In this document: piece by piece, positions 18,309-27,698 of the stretch
Position numbering within the stretch: the stretch's first letter is position 1
Layout of the letters: every line of letters starts with the position of its first letter
Source: a bacterium
GTDB lineage: Bacteria; Desulfobacterota; DSWW01
NCBI GenBank assembly: GCA_040756235.1
Contig: JBFLZG010000002.1
Span: 1 to 64,000, forward strand
Direction of reading: 5' to 3'
Length of the DNA: 64,000 nt
The notes under the pieces: generated by a model
What the model was told of the DNA's origin: nothing
What the model saw: the letters and a program-made list of their open reading frames with translations, nothing else
Database searches by the model: none
Position numbers and translations under genes: made by a program

Positions 18309-20522
18309 TTACGCCCCGGGCAGCGGGTCTGCCGCGCTCTGCAGCCTCTTCCGCAGCAGGGTGAAGCGCTGTTGGGTGCGGTTGTTGCGGATAGCGATCG
18401 CCAGGGCCTTGCGCGTGCCCACGATCACGACCAGCTGCTTGCCCCGCGTGATCCCCGTGTAGAGGAGGTTGCGCTGGAGCAGGAGATAGTGTTGCGTCAG
18501 GACCGGCAGCACGACCGCGGGGTACTCGTTTCCCTGGGACTTGTGCACGGAGATGGCGTAGGCCGGAACCAGCTCGTCGAGCTCGCTCAGCTCGTAGGTC
18601 ACCGCCCTTCCTTCGAACCCGACGGCCAGTTGCGCTTGTTCCTCGTCCACGCGGACGATGCGGCCGATGTCGCCGTTGAAGACCTCCTTGTCGTAGTTGT
18701 TGCGGATCTGCATGACCTTGTCGTTCAGACGGTAGACCCAACCCGCCCTCTGCAGGGCAGGTCCGGCCGGATTGATCCGCTGCTGCAGCAGGAGATTGAG
18801 GTTCTCCGCTCCGACCACGCCGCGATGCATGGGGGAGAGGACCTGGATGCCTTCCATGGGGTCGAACCCGAAGCGCTCCGGGATCCTCTGGGTGCAGAGC
18901 TCCAGGATCAGGCCGGCGGCACGCTCCGGGTCCGGCTCCTCGATGAAATAGAAGTCTTTACGCCCTTCCTTCTCGGTGTCCGGCGTCACGGGGCCCTTGC
19001 CCTGCAGAATGCGGTGCGCGTTGGTGACGATGAGGCTGGCTTCGGCCTGACGGAAGATGTGGTGGAGGCGCACGACGCCGATGCGGCCCGATTCGATGAG
19101 ATCCTCCAGGACCCTGCCGGGCCCCACGGAGGGAAGCTGGTTGACGTCGCCGATGAGAACGAAGATCCCGGACCGCGGCAGCGCCTTCACCAGATGGTAG
19201 AAGAGCAGGCAGTCCATCATGGACGCCTCGTCCACGATGAGCAGCTCCGCTTCCAGAGGATTGTCGGTGCCGCGCAGAAAGCCTCCCTTCTGGAAGCTGA
19301 ACTCGAGCAGGCGGTGCAGGGTCCTGGCGGGCTCTCCCGTGACTTCTTGAAGCCTCTTGGCCGCTCGGCCGGTGGGCGCGGCCAGAAGGAAGCGCAAGCC
19401 GAAGGAGCGGCAGATGGAGACGAGCGCCCGGACCAGGGTGGTCTTGCCGGTGCCGGGCCCTCCGGTGATGATGAGGCACTTCTCGCGCAGGGCGCGCTCG
19501 ATGGCCTGGCTCTGCTCCGGCGCGAGCCCGAAGCCGAGAGCGCTTTCGGCCTTGCGCACCGCCTGCGCGGTATCCGCGACCGCGGTGGAGACGCGCGCCT
19601 GGAGAAAGGCATGGAGCAGGGCAGCGGTGCCCTTTTCCGCCGTATGGAAGGCCGGCAGGTAGACGGCCTTGCGGTTCTCCTGGAAGGTCTCGATCTCGTC
19701 GTTGAGATCCTCGATGCAGATCTCGCGCTTGAGGAACAGCTCCGCGATGCCCCTCTGCAACACCTCCTCGTCCTGGATCTCCAGAATGACTTTCGACCGA
19801 TCCAGAAGGGTGTCGTAGGGAAGGAACAGATGGCCTTCCCGGGAGGCCTCTTCGAGGACGTAGAGCGCTCCGGCCTCGGCGCGCGCCACCGAGCCGGGGT
19901 CCACGCCCATGGCCCGGGCGATGCGGTCGGCCGTCTTGAAGCCGATGCCGAATACTTCGGAGGCGAGCCGGTAGGGGTTCTCCTTGACGCGCAGGATCGA
20001 CTGATCCCCGTACTGGCGGTAAATCTTGACCGCCAGACCGGTGCTGATCCCGTACTGCTGCAGGAACAGCAGGATTCTGCGAACTTCCCGCTGCTCGTCC
20101 CACCGCGCCCTGATCTTGGCGATGCGGACAGGCCCGAACCCTTCCACCTCGGAGAGTCGTTCCGGATGGTTCTCGATGACCTCCAGGGTCTCGGTCCCGA
20201 AGCGGTCCGTGAGCCGCCCGGCCATGACCGGACCGATCCCCTTGAGGAGGCCACTGCCCAGGTACTTGCGGATGCCGTCCACGGTCGCGGGCAGGAGGCT
20301 GGTATAACTCTGCACCTTGAACTGCCGCCCGAAGCGCTTGTGGTTCACCCACTCGCCCCTGAGCAGGAGGGTCTCGCCGGGGCTGACCGAGACGAGGTTT
20401 CCGACCACCGTCGTGGGTTGGAGCTGGCCCTTCTGGCGGACCCGGGCAACGGTGTAGCCGTCCGCTTCGCTGGTGTAGACGATCTGGGTGAGCTCACCCT
20501 CGATCTGGGTCAGGGTTTGCAC
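18309..20522 (-). CDS. recD2: ATP-dependent RecD2-like DNA helicase
   Basis: YLGSGLLKGIGP, ENPYRL, GIGFKTAD, GGPGTGKTT, VDEASM, GDVNQLPSVG, YAISVHKSQGNE, LYTGITR. Confidence 0.95.
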   Translation of the reverse strand: MQTLTQIEGELTQIVYTSEADGYTVARVRQKGQLQPTTVVGNLVSVSPGETLLLRGEWVNHKRFGRQFKVQSYTSLLPATVDGIRKYLGSGLLKGIGPVMAGRLTDRFGTETLEVIENHPERLSEVEGFGPVRIAKIRARWDEQREVRRILLFLQQYGISTGLAVKIYRQYGDQSILRVKENPYRLASEVFGIGFKTADRIARAMGVDPGSVARAEAGALYVLEEASREGHLFLPYDTLLDRSKVILEIQDEEVLQRGIAELFLKREICIEDLNDEIETFQENRKAVYLPAFHTAEKGTAALLHAFLQARVSTAVADTAQAVRKAESALGFGLAPEQSQAIERALREKCLIITGGPGTGKTTLVRALVSICRSFGLRFLLAAPTGRAAKRLQEVTGEPARTLHRLLEFSFQKGGFLRGTDNPLEAELLIVDEASMMDCLLFYHLVKALPRSGIFVLIGDVNQLPSVGPGRVLEDLIESGRIGVVRLHHIFRQAEASLIVTNAHRILQGKGPVTPDTEKEGRKDFYFIEEPDPERAAGLILELCTQRIPERFGFDPMEGIQVLSPMHRGVVGAENLNLLLQQRINPAGPALQRAGWVYRLNDKVMQIRNNYDKEVFNGDIGRIVRVDEEQAQLAVGFEGRAVTYELSELDELVPAYAISVHKSQGNEYPAVVLPVLTQHYLLLQRNLLYTGITRGKQLVVIVGTRKALAIAIRNNRTQQRFTLLRKRLQSAADPLPGA

Positions 20523-20845
20523 GCGACGGGTCCCTTTCGCATCCGCCGGGGCTCGCGTTCCGGTCCGTTGGTCGGATCGCCTTCCGGGTTTCCTTGCGGG
20601 CGGTAGGGGCAGCTCTCGGGGGGCGCGGGGCGGGGGGCGACCCGCACCGGGCCCAGGTGCTGCAGCTCATTCAACGTTTCGATGCGCGTCCGCTTGACCG
20701 TACAGGAGAAGGTCGAGAGGATTCTTCGCGTCCTGCGGCTGCCGCAGCAGCCGCACTTGCGCCCCAGGATGCGCCACTGGTTGCGTCGCTCGAGATAGGA
20801 GGAGACGGATCCGCACTTGCGACATTGGTATTCGTAGATCGGCAT
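20510..20845 (-). CDS. FmdB family zinc-ribbon protein
   Basis: MPIYEYQCRKCG...CGCCGS...RRILS; overlaps the recD2 start. Confidence 0.7.
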   Translation of the reverse strand: MPIYEYQCRKCGSVSSYLERRNQWRILGRKCGCCGSRRTRRILSTFSCTVKRTRIETLNELQHLGPVRVAPRPAPPESCPYRPQGNPEGDPTNGPEREPRRMRKGPVACKP

Positions 20846-20993
20846 CCGTCCCCTCTCCAGGCACATCAGGAGGATCGTATGGCCGCCATTCTGCCGGACA
20901 ACACGGAAGCGGCCGCAGGAGACTGCGCTATCAATCTATCATCTGCGCGCCATTTCCTCCAACGCCGCCGGAGGCCGCGCAGATGCCGTGTGA

Positions 20994-21023
20994 TTGAACC
21001 GTCCCGGTGGCCTTGACTATAAT
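20994..21023 (+). promoter_or_regulatory. putative sigma70 promoter
   Basis: TTGAAC-18 bp-TATAAT upstream of the methyltransferase. Confidence 0.5.
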
Positions 21024-21114
21024 CGCGACCGCCCGTGGTGCAAACCGCTCCTTGCCGCGGCCGGACGGGGCGCGCAGAAATCAGATCCGCGAGAAAAGGG
21101 TGTGCTTCCGGACC

Positions 21115-21870
21115 ATGAGACGGCGAAGGCCGAGCTACATCCTCACAGGAGAGGCATTGCCGGGGGTCTATGACCGCGTCCTCGAGCTGTTGCGGACCGA
21201 GCCCGTAAAGACGGTGCTCGACCTGCCTGCCGGAGCGGGGCTGCTCTCGGCGGCGCTTTCAGAGGCGGGATTCCAGGTCGTGGCCGGGGACGTCCGTCCG
21301 GCCAAGTTCGGGCCGAGCGGCATCGCGATCATCGAAGTCGATATGAACGGAAGGCTGCCGTGGCAGAGCGCGTCGTTCGATGGCGTCGTTTGCGTGGAGG
21401 GCATCGAGCATCTGGAAAGCGTCCTGGGGCCCTGCCGGGAGCTCTTCCGAGTGCTCAAGCCGGGGGGAGTCCTCGTCATCACGACCCCGAACGTCGCGAA
21501 TCTGTGGTCGCGCGTGAAATTCCTGCTGCGCGGGACGTTCTACTGGTTCGACGAGGACGCGGCGTCGCGCTTCGGTCACCTCAACCCGATCCCCTGGTTC
21601 GAGCTGGAGTATGTGTTGCAGGCTTGCGGGTTCCAGGTCGAGGTGGTGACGACCAACCGCTTGCGGGTCGGTTGGATGTGGCCTGGAGCGATCCTCCGCT
21701 TCATGGCCCGGTTCCTTCCCAGATCGGGCCGCTCCCACGCTGCCGGCAATCGGACACCGATCCTGGCCGGGGAAATCCTCGTGATCAAGGCGAGGAGACC
21801 TGAAAAGAAACCGGAGGAGCCTCATCCGGTGAGCGGGGCCGGCTGCGAGCGAGAATCCAGAGTACGGTAA
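21115..21870 (+). CDS. class I SAM-dependent methyltransferase
   Basis: VLDLPAGAG, DMNGRLPW, FDGVVCVEGIEHL, RVLKPGGVLVITTPN; start approximate. Confidence 0.85.
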   Translation: MRRRRPSYILTGEALPGVYDRVLELLRTEPVKTVLDLPAGAGLLSAALSEAGFQVVAGDVRPAKFGPSGIAIIEVDMNGRLPWQSASFDGVVCVEGIEHLESVLGPCRELFRVLKPGGVLVITTPNVANLWSRVKFLLRGTFYWFDEDAASRFGHLNPIPWFELEYVLQACGFQVEVVTTNRLRVGWMWPGAILRFMARFLPRSGRSHAAGNRTPILAGEILVIKARRPEKKPEEPHPVSGAGCERESRVR

Positions 21871-22466
21871 CCCTGTTCGAAGGCCTGCCCGTTCGATTCC
21901 AGCGCCTTTCCTTCGAAAAGGCCCCGGAGCGCCTCTGCGTAACTCTCCTTGGCCAGCGGGAACAGCCCGCTCGCCGCCAGGGCGCCCACCATGACGAGGT
22001 TCATGGACCGTATGTCCCCGATCTGCTGGGCCAGCTCCGTGGCCGGCACGATCTCGAGAACCTCCAAGTGGCGCCGGAGCAGCGCGAGGATCCGGTCGGC
22101 CCCGGGATAGCGCTCTTCGCCCGCGAGGACTCCGATCGGGTAGATCGGCCTGGGATTCACCAGGACCCGCAGGTCCGGCCGGCCGTATTCCAGGGCGACA
22201 ATCAAGGTCTCCAGCGGCTCGAAGCCGACCAGGATGTCGGCATCCCCCTTCGGGATCAGGGGCCCCAGGGGCGAGCCCCGGGTGATGCGGACGTGGCTCA
22301 TGACGGAGCCGCCGCGCTGCGAGACGCCGTACGTCTCGCCTACGGTGGCGATCCATCCCTCGAGCAGGGCAGCCTGGGCGATGACCTGAGAAGCCGTGAT
22401 GTTCCCCTGGCCGCCGACGCCTGCGATGATCAGGTTGAAGGAGGACTTCATGGCGGAACGGCTCAT
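21822..22466 (-). CDS. iorB: indolepyruvate:ferredoxin oxidoreductase subunit beta
   Basis: IIAGVGGQG, ETYGVSQRGGSVMSHVR, ADILVGFEPLE, NLVMVGA; overlaps the iorA stop. Confidence 0.9.
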   Translation of the reverse strand: MSRSAMKSSFNLIIAGVGGQGNITASQVIAQAALLEGWIATVGETYGVSQRGGSVMSHVRITRGSPLGPLIPKGDADILVGFEPLETLIVALEYGRPDLRVLVNPRPIYPIGVLAGEERYPGADRILALLRRHLEVLEIVPATELAQQIGDIRSMNLVMVGALAASGLFPLAKESYAEALRGLFEGKALESNGQAFEQGYRTLDSRSQPAPLTG

Positions 22467-24406
22467 GCGCGCTTCTCCCCCTCGATGATGCGGATCGCTT
22501 CGGCCGGACAGAGCTTTGCGCAAAGGCCGCAGCGCGAACAGACGACCTCGTCGATGGAGGCGCGGCCCGTCTCCGCGTCCCACACCAGTGCCGGGCACCC
22601 GAACGCCGCGGAGCAGAACCGGTTGCATCCGCACTGTGCGCCGATGCACTTCTCGGCATCCACAAAGACGCGGCGGGCCGGCAAGCCTTCTTCCCGGGTC
22701 TGCAGCAGGCCGCACTTGTGCCGGAACACGAGGACGTGAAGCTCCTCCTTCTCCACCGTTCGGCAGAGCAGCTCGGTGGCCGCCGGTACGTCGAACGGAT
22801 CCACGACCTCGACCGGAATGCCCATGCCCTGACAGATCGCCTCCACGGAAAGGCTCGGCGCCGCTTCGCCCAGCGCGGTCCTGCCAGTCCCGGGGTGGGG
22901 CTGGAAACCGGTCATGGCGGTCGCACTGTTGTCGAGCACGACGCAGACGAAAGCGGAGCGATTGTAGCGGGCGCTCACCAGACCTGGCAGGCAGGCGTGG
23001 AAGAAGGTCGAGTCGCCTACCGCCGCGATCAGGGGCTGGCTGAAGCCGAACCGGCCGAGCTGCCCCATGCCGGAGGAGAAGCCGATGGCCGAACCCATGC
23101 AATGCATGGTGCGCGACAGAGAATAGCCGGTCCGGCCGAACCCGAGGGAGTAGCAGCCGATGTCTCCGATCAGCAGCCCGTCCCTGCCGTCCAGGCGCAG
23201 GGCGTTCTTCATGACCCAGTAGGAGGCCCGGTGCGGGCACCCCGGACAGAAGGCGACCTCGCGCTTCGGAAGCGGGAAATCGACGTCTGCACCGATCCTT
23301 TCCTTGAGGGCCTGCCTGCCCCCGGGCGCGTCCCGGCCGAGGCTCCGGCAGAGCGCTTCGATCACGACGTCGGGGTTCATTTCGCCGACTGCGGGTCCGT
23401 AGAGCCCCTGCACCGTTCCGGACATCTTGCCGAAGAATCGCGGCGTCCGGATTTCCTGTGCTCCCGCCCTTTGCGCGAGCACCGCCTTGACGTTGTACTC
23501 CAGGAACGCGTCCGGCTCCTCAATGATCAGAATCGCCGGGACCCCTTCCAGGTGTCTGCGCAGGAAGCCCTCGGGCAGCGGCCAGGTCGTGCCGAGCTTG
23601 AGGATTCCCACCCGTTCCTCGAGGCCGAGGATGCGCAGGGCCTCGGCCGCATACCACCAGCCCGTTCCGCAGGTGACGACGACGAGCTCAGGGCGCCCGG
23701 GGCCGCTGTAGCTGTTGAAAGGAGACCCTTCGAACAGCGTCCGGGCTCGAGCCAGCTTCGCCTTGAGCTCCTCGTGCTTGGGACAGGGCGGCAGCGAGGC
23801 ATAACGGTCCCCCGGCTTCATCCCCGCCTTGCGCCGCAAAGGCCGCAGCGGCCCCAGCTCGATCACCCCCCTGGCATGGGAGATGCGGGTCACGGATCGG
23901 ACCATGCAGAGCAGCTGGAGCTCCTCGGAGAGCTCGAAGGCCCAGCGGACCATGTCCTTGGCTTCCTGGAACGTGGCCGGCTCCAGCAGCGGAACGTCGG
24001 CCAGCCTGGCATAGTGGCGGGTGTCCACTTCGTTGGTGCTGGAGATGCCGCCGGGGTCGTCGCACACGACCAGCACCAGACCGCCCGGGCTGCCCGTCAG
24101 GGACATGGCGGTCAGCAGGTCCGAGGCCACGTTCACGCCGTTCTGCTTCATGCTGGCCATGGCCCGCAGCCCGGCAAAGGAAGCGCCGCAGGCCCCTTCC
24201 AGGGCCACCTTTTCATTGGCCGACCACTCGGCGTAGATGCCGAAGTGGGGCGCCGCACGTGACAGAACGCCCAGGATCTCGGAAGAAGGCGAGCCCGGAT
24301 AGGCCGCGCAGTAGTGTACTCCTGCCTCCAGCGCTCCCCGGGCGATCGCCTCGTTTCCCATCATGAGGGCCTTGCGGCCGGGTTCATCCAGCAAGATCGG
24401 GTCCAT
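22463..24406 (-). CDS. iorA: indolepyruvate:ferredoxin oxidoreductase subunit alpha
   Basis: MGNEAIARG, YPGSPSSE, NEKVALE, FCPGCPHR, GDIGCY, GDSTFFH (TPP), C-terminal ferredoxin Cys motifs. Confidence 0.92.
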   Translation of the reverse strand: MDPILLDEPGRKALMMGNEAIARGALEAGVHYCAAYPGSPSSEILGVLSRAAPHFGIYAEWSANEKVALEGACGASFAGLRAMASMKQNGVNVASDLLTAMSLTGSPGGLVLVVCDDPGGISSTNEVDTRHYARLADVPLLEPATFQEAKDMVRWAFELSEELQLLCMVRSVTRISHARGVIELGPLRPLRRKAGMKPGDRYASLPPCPKHEELKAKLARARTLFEGSPFNSYSGPGRPELVVVTCGTGWWYAAEALRILGLEERVGILKLGTTWPLPEGFLRRHLEGVPAILIIEEPDAFLEYNVKAVLAQRAGAQEIRTPRFFGKMSGTVQGLYGPAVGEMNPDVVIEALCRSLGRDAPGGRQALKERIGADVDFPLPKREVAFCPGCPHRASYWVMKNALRLDGRDGLLIGDIGCYSLGFGRTGYSLSRTMHCMGSAIGFSSGMGQLGRFGFSQPLIAAVGDSTFFHACLPGLVSARYNRSAFVCVVLDNSATAMTGFQPHPGTGRTALGEAAPSLSVEAICQGMGIPVEVVDPFDVPAATELLCRTVEKEELHVLVFRHKCGLLQTREEGLPARRVFVDAEKCIGAQCGCNRFCSAAFGCPALVWDAETGRASIDEVVCSRCGLCAKLCPAEAIRIIEGEKRA

Positions 24407-24434
24407 TCTTCCAGCCCCGGGTCCGAAAGCGGGT

Positions 24435-25262
24435 TCAAATCGTCTCGGCAGATCGGAAGCCATCCTCCGGCTGCCACTTCTCCAGCGCGATGAGGGCGGC
24501 TCCCAGGCAACCGGTGAGCTGCGGCTCGGGGGGGATCAGCAAGGCTGTTCCGAGCCTCTCCTCGAGAGCCTTGACCACGCCCGTGTTCCTGGCCACGCCG
24601 CCCGTGATCGCCGCCGGCGCCTGGAGGCCGACGCGCGCGGCGAGGGCGGCCACGCGGTCCGCGACCGCCATGTGCAGCCCGTTCAGGATGTCCGGGGCTC
24701 GCTCGCCCTTGGCCACCAGGGAGACCACCTCGGACTCGGCAAAGACGGTGCATATACTGCTCACGCGGACCCGCTTGCCGGCGGTCAGGGAGACCCGTCC
24801 CATCTCATCGAGCGGGACTCCCAGAGTCTGGCTCATGACCTCCAGAAAACGGCCGGTCCCCGCGGCACACTTGTCATTCATGGCGAAGTCCCGGACCCGG
24901 CCCTGTCCATGGATCCGGATCGCCTTGCTGTCCTGGCCTCCGATGTCCAGAACGGTGCGGACCGAAGGCAGGAGGAAATGGACGCCCCGGGCGTGGCAGG
25001 TGATCTCGGTCACGGACGCGTCGGCCTCCCCTGCGATCTCCCTCCCGTACCCGGTGGCAACGACGAAGGCCACGGCGCGGCGGCTGGCGCCGGCTTGCCG
25101 GAGCGCCTCCAGAAGCGCCCGCCGTGAGGCCTCGCGGCTGTCTGCCCCGGTGGGGAGCAGGGCGGATCCCAGCACCCGGCGACTCCGGCTCAGCACCAGG
25201 GCCTTGGTGGAGGTGCTCCCGGAATCGATGCCGGCGACGAGCCGTTCCCCATCAGCGATCAT
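24435..25262 (-). CDS. 2-hydroxyacyl-CoA dehydratase activase (HgdC/BadF-type ASKHA ATPase)
   Basis: GIDSGSTSTK, ATGYGR, TEITCH, DIGGQDSK, MNDKCAAGTGRF, SSICTVFAESE, TGGVA. Confidence 0.92.
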   Translation of the reverse strand: MIADGERLVAGIDSGSTSTKALVLSRSRRVLGSALLPTGADSREASRRALLEALRQAGASRRAVAFVVATGYGREIAGEADASVTEITCHARGVHFLLPSVRTVLDIGGQDSKAIRIHGQGRVRDFAMNDKCAAGTGRFLEVMSQTLGVPLDEMGRVSLTAGKRVRVSSICTVFAESEVVSLVAKGERAPDILNGLHMAVADRVAALAARVGLQAPAAITGGVARNTGVVKALEERLGTALLIPPEPQLTGCLGAALIALEKWQPEDGFRSAETI

Positions 25263-25307
25263 GCGAGCTCCCACGATTTGCATGCGCACGCAAGCACGCA
25301 GGACCGA

Positions 25308-26444
25308 TCAGCCTGCCTGCCCCGCGTTCGGGCGAACCAGCTCGTAGCGGCGCGAGCCCAGACCCAGCTTCTCCGCGTACGCCAGCTGGGGTTCCCAGTC
25401 CACTCCGGTGACTTCACGGAACTTGTCCTCGGCCGCGGCATTCACGAGCCTGGAGTCGGGCATTGCGGGTGCCCGATTCACCAGATCGACCGAGGCCTGA
25501 TCGATCGCCACCGGGTCCCGGGCGGCCAGGATCCCCAGGTCGGGGGTGATGGGCGTGTCGTTCCAGGCGAGACAGTCGCAGTCCGGGGTGATGCGCATCA
25601 GGAAGTTCATGAAGCCGCATTTCCCCTTTTTCCCTTCCACCGCTCCCATGGCGTACTCGACCGTCTTCTCGAGGACCGCCCGTCCGTCCGTCTTCCAGCG
25701 CACCGGAATGGCACCTTCAGGGCATACGACGGTGCAGTCGCCGCACCCGATGCAGAGCTTCTGGTCGATTGCGGCCTTGCCGTCCTCGCCCAGTCGGGCC
25801 GCGCCGCTCGGGCAGTGCTTGACGCAGCTGCCGCACCCGAGGCAGCGCGGTCTCTTGACGGCCGGCCGCAAGTCGGAATGCATGCTCTGCTTGCCCGCCG
25901 GGGCGGCGCATCCCATGCCCAGATTCTTGATGGCTCCGCCGAACCCCATGAGCACGTGCCCTTTGAAGTGGGAGAGCACGATCAGGGCGTCGGCGTAATG
26001 GACGGCCGAGCTGATCTTGAGCTCTTTGAAATGGATGCCCGATCCCTTGACCTTCACGTAATCCATCCCCCGCAGCCCATCCGACACGACGATGGGGGCG
26101 CCCACCGTTTCGGGTGTGAACCCGTTTCGGTAGGCCGTCAGGATGTGGTCCACGGCGTTCCTGCGCCCCCCGCGATACAGCGTGTTGGCATCGGTCAGAA
26201 ACGGCTTGGCCCCGCAGTCCTTGACCAGGTCGACTACGGTGCGGACCAGCGGAGGTGCCAGATACGCGAGGTTGCCCACCTCCCCCCAATGGAGCTTGAT
26301 CGCCACCAGGTCCTTCTGGCTGACGCACGATTCCAGGCCGGCGGCCGTAAAGACTCGCTGGGTCTTGGCCAGCAGGCTCGACCCCTCCCTCGTTCTCATG
26401 TCGTCGAAGTGGACCGGCGTGCCGGCTGAACCGCTCTCCGTCAT
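25308..26444 (-). CDS. DUF362 domain 4Fe-4S protein
   Basis: AIKLHWGE, FLTDANTLY, HFKGH, GGAIKNLGMG, two CxxCxxCxxxC motifs, PDCDC, DPVAIDQA. Confidence 0.88.
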   Translation of the reverse strand: MTESGSAGTPVHFDDMRTREGSSLLAKTQRVFTAAGLESCVSQKDLVAIKLHWGEVGNLAYLAPPLVRTVVDLVKDCGAKPFLTDANTLYRGGRRNAVDHILTAYRNGFTPETVGAPIVVSDGLRGMDYVKVKGSGIHFKELKISSAVHYADALIVLSHFKGHVLMGFGGAIKNLGMGCAAPAGKQSMHSDLRPAVKRPRCLGCGSCVKHCPSGAARLGEDGKAAIDQKLCIGCGDCTVVCPEGAIPVRWKTDGRAVLEKTVEYAMGAVEGKKGKCGFMNFLMRITPDCDCLAWNDTPITPDLGILAARDPVAIDQASVDLVNRAPAMPDSRLVNAAAEDKFREVTGVDWEPQLAYAEKLGLGSRRYELVRPNAGQAG

Positions 26445-26534
26445 CTGGGCCCCTTTCCGTCGCAGCCGCCGAGCGTGTCCGAAGGCGCGGATGGAGACGT
26501 AAGTAGCTGGGATAAAAGAAGAATAGAAGTAAGT

Positions 26535-26563
26535 AGAGTAACACACCGCCAGGGCCCCGTCAA
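26535..26563 (-). promoter_or_regulatory. putative sigma70 promoter of the DUF362-activase-iorAB unit
   Basis: Minus strand TTGACG-17 bp-TACTCT with TG extension. Confidence 0.55.
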
Positions 26564-26607
26564 ACGCCCGCCGCTGCCTCCGCCGGGGCCCCACCATGAT
26601 TCTTTGC

Positions 26608-26636
26608 TTGACGGCAACAGCGGCGGGTGGTACCAT
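26608..26636 (+). promoter_or_regulatory. putative sigma70 promoter of carD
   Basis: TTGACG-17 bp-TACCAT with TG extension; back-to-back with the divergent promoter. Confidence 0.55.
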
Positions 26637-26846
26637 TTTGAAGGGTTTGACTGATCCACTGGCTGGTATGTACAGAAAAACATGAGTCGGGGGCCATGGT
26701 CCAGGGAAAAGAAAGGGGGTGGTCAGGCGAGAGGCATCATGTTCCGAACAAGCAGACAGAAGGCATTGGAGTCAGGCTCGGAAAGCAGGTTTGCGCGTGC
26801 TTTCGGGAGAAAAGGTGTCTGAGCCGTACTTTCTGGAGGGGGGAAT

Positions 26847-27368
26847 ATGAGTCATCTCGGCGCTAGCCAAGCTGCATTTGCAGAGTTCAACGTCGGCGAC
26901 AAGGCGGTCTACCCGGCCCATGGGGTGGGCGTCATCGAAGCGATCGAGACGAAAGTGATCTCGGGAAGCGAGCAGACTTTCTACATCATGAGAATCCTCC
27001 AAAACGGCATGACCATCTTGATCCCCAAAGGGAACGTGGACAGCGTAGGGCTGCGGCAGGTCATTTCAGAGAAAGAGGTCCGCAGGATCTACGATATCCT
27101 CGGCCAGAAGGAGATGGCGCGGGACAACCATCAGACGTGGAACCGCAGGTACCGCGAGTACACGGAGAAGATCAAGACCGGATCGGTCTTCGAAATTGCC
27201 GAAGTGCTCCGGGTGCTCTTCCGCCTCAAGAGAAAGAAGGAGCTGTCGTTCGGCGAAAAGAAGATCCTGGATACGGCAACGAGCCTCCTGGTAAAGGAGA
27301 TTTCCGTGGCCCGCAACATGGGGGAAGACCGGGTCCAGGACGAGCTGATCGGCCTTCTGTCGGCCTGA
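26847..27368 (+). CDS. carD: CarD/CdnL family transcriptional regulator
   Basis: FNVGDKAVYPAHGVGVI, GLRQVI, conserved Trp in QTWNRRYRE, LSFGEK; GGAGG RBS. Confidence 0.93.
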   Translation: MSHLGASQAAFAEFNVGDKAVYPAHGVGVIEAIETKVISGSEQTFYIMRILQNGMTILIPKGNVDSVGLRQVISEKEVRRIYDILGQKEMARDNHQTWNRRYREYTEKIKTGSVFEIAEVLRVLFRLKRKKELSFGEKKILDTATSLLVKEISVARNMGEDRVQDELIGLLSA

Positions 27369-27587
27369 CTTCGACGGACGACTTCCTCACGCGGGATCTT
27401 CACTGGACGCCCTTCAGAACCCCTCCCCGACATGGAAGGCAGTGCCGCCGGAGCCTCGGGCGACCGGGCCGAGGTCGGCGGGGCCTTCTTGTCTTCTCTT
27501 CCCTCCGGCTGCAAAATGTGCATGAGCGACGCAGTAGGGCCGGCTCCCGCCTGACGTGACAGGCGAAAGCGCACAGGCAGGCAAGAG

Positions 27588-27611
27588 GCAGGGGCGACGC
27601 ATGCGTCGCCC
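27588..27611. repeat. REP-like palindrome
   Basis: GCAGGGGCGACGCATGCGTCGCCC, same GGGCGAC...GTCGCCC arms as the copies at 46.5-47.7 kb. Confidence 0.6.
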
Positions 27612-27698
27612 GTTCTGTTTGGAGCCTGTGCCTTGCCTTGACCTGGCTTCCCGCAGACGGCTGTGGATCGACAGCGTGCGGACGAGGGAGTGCCGCGG

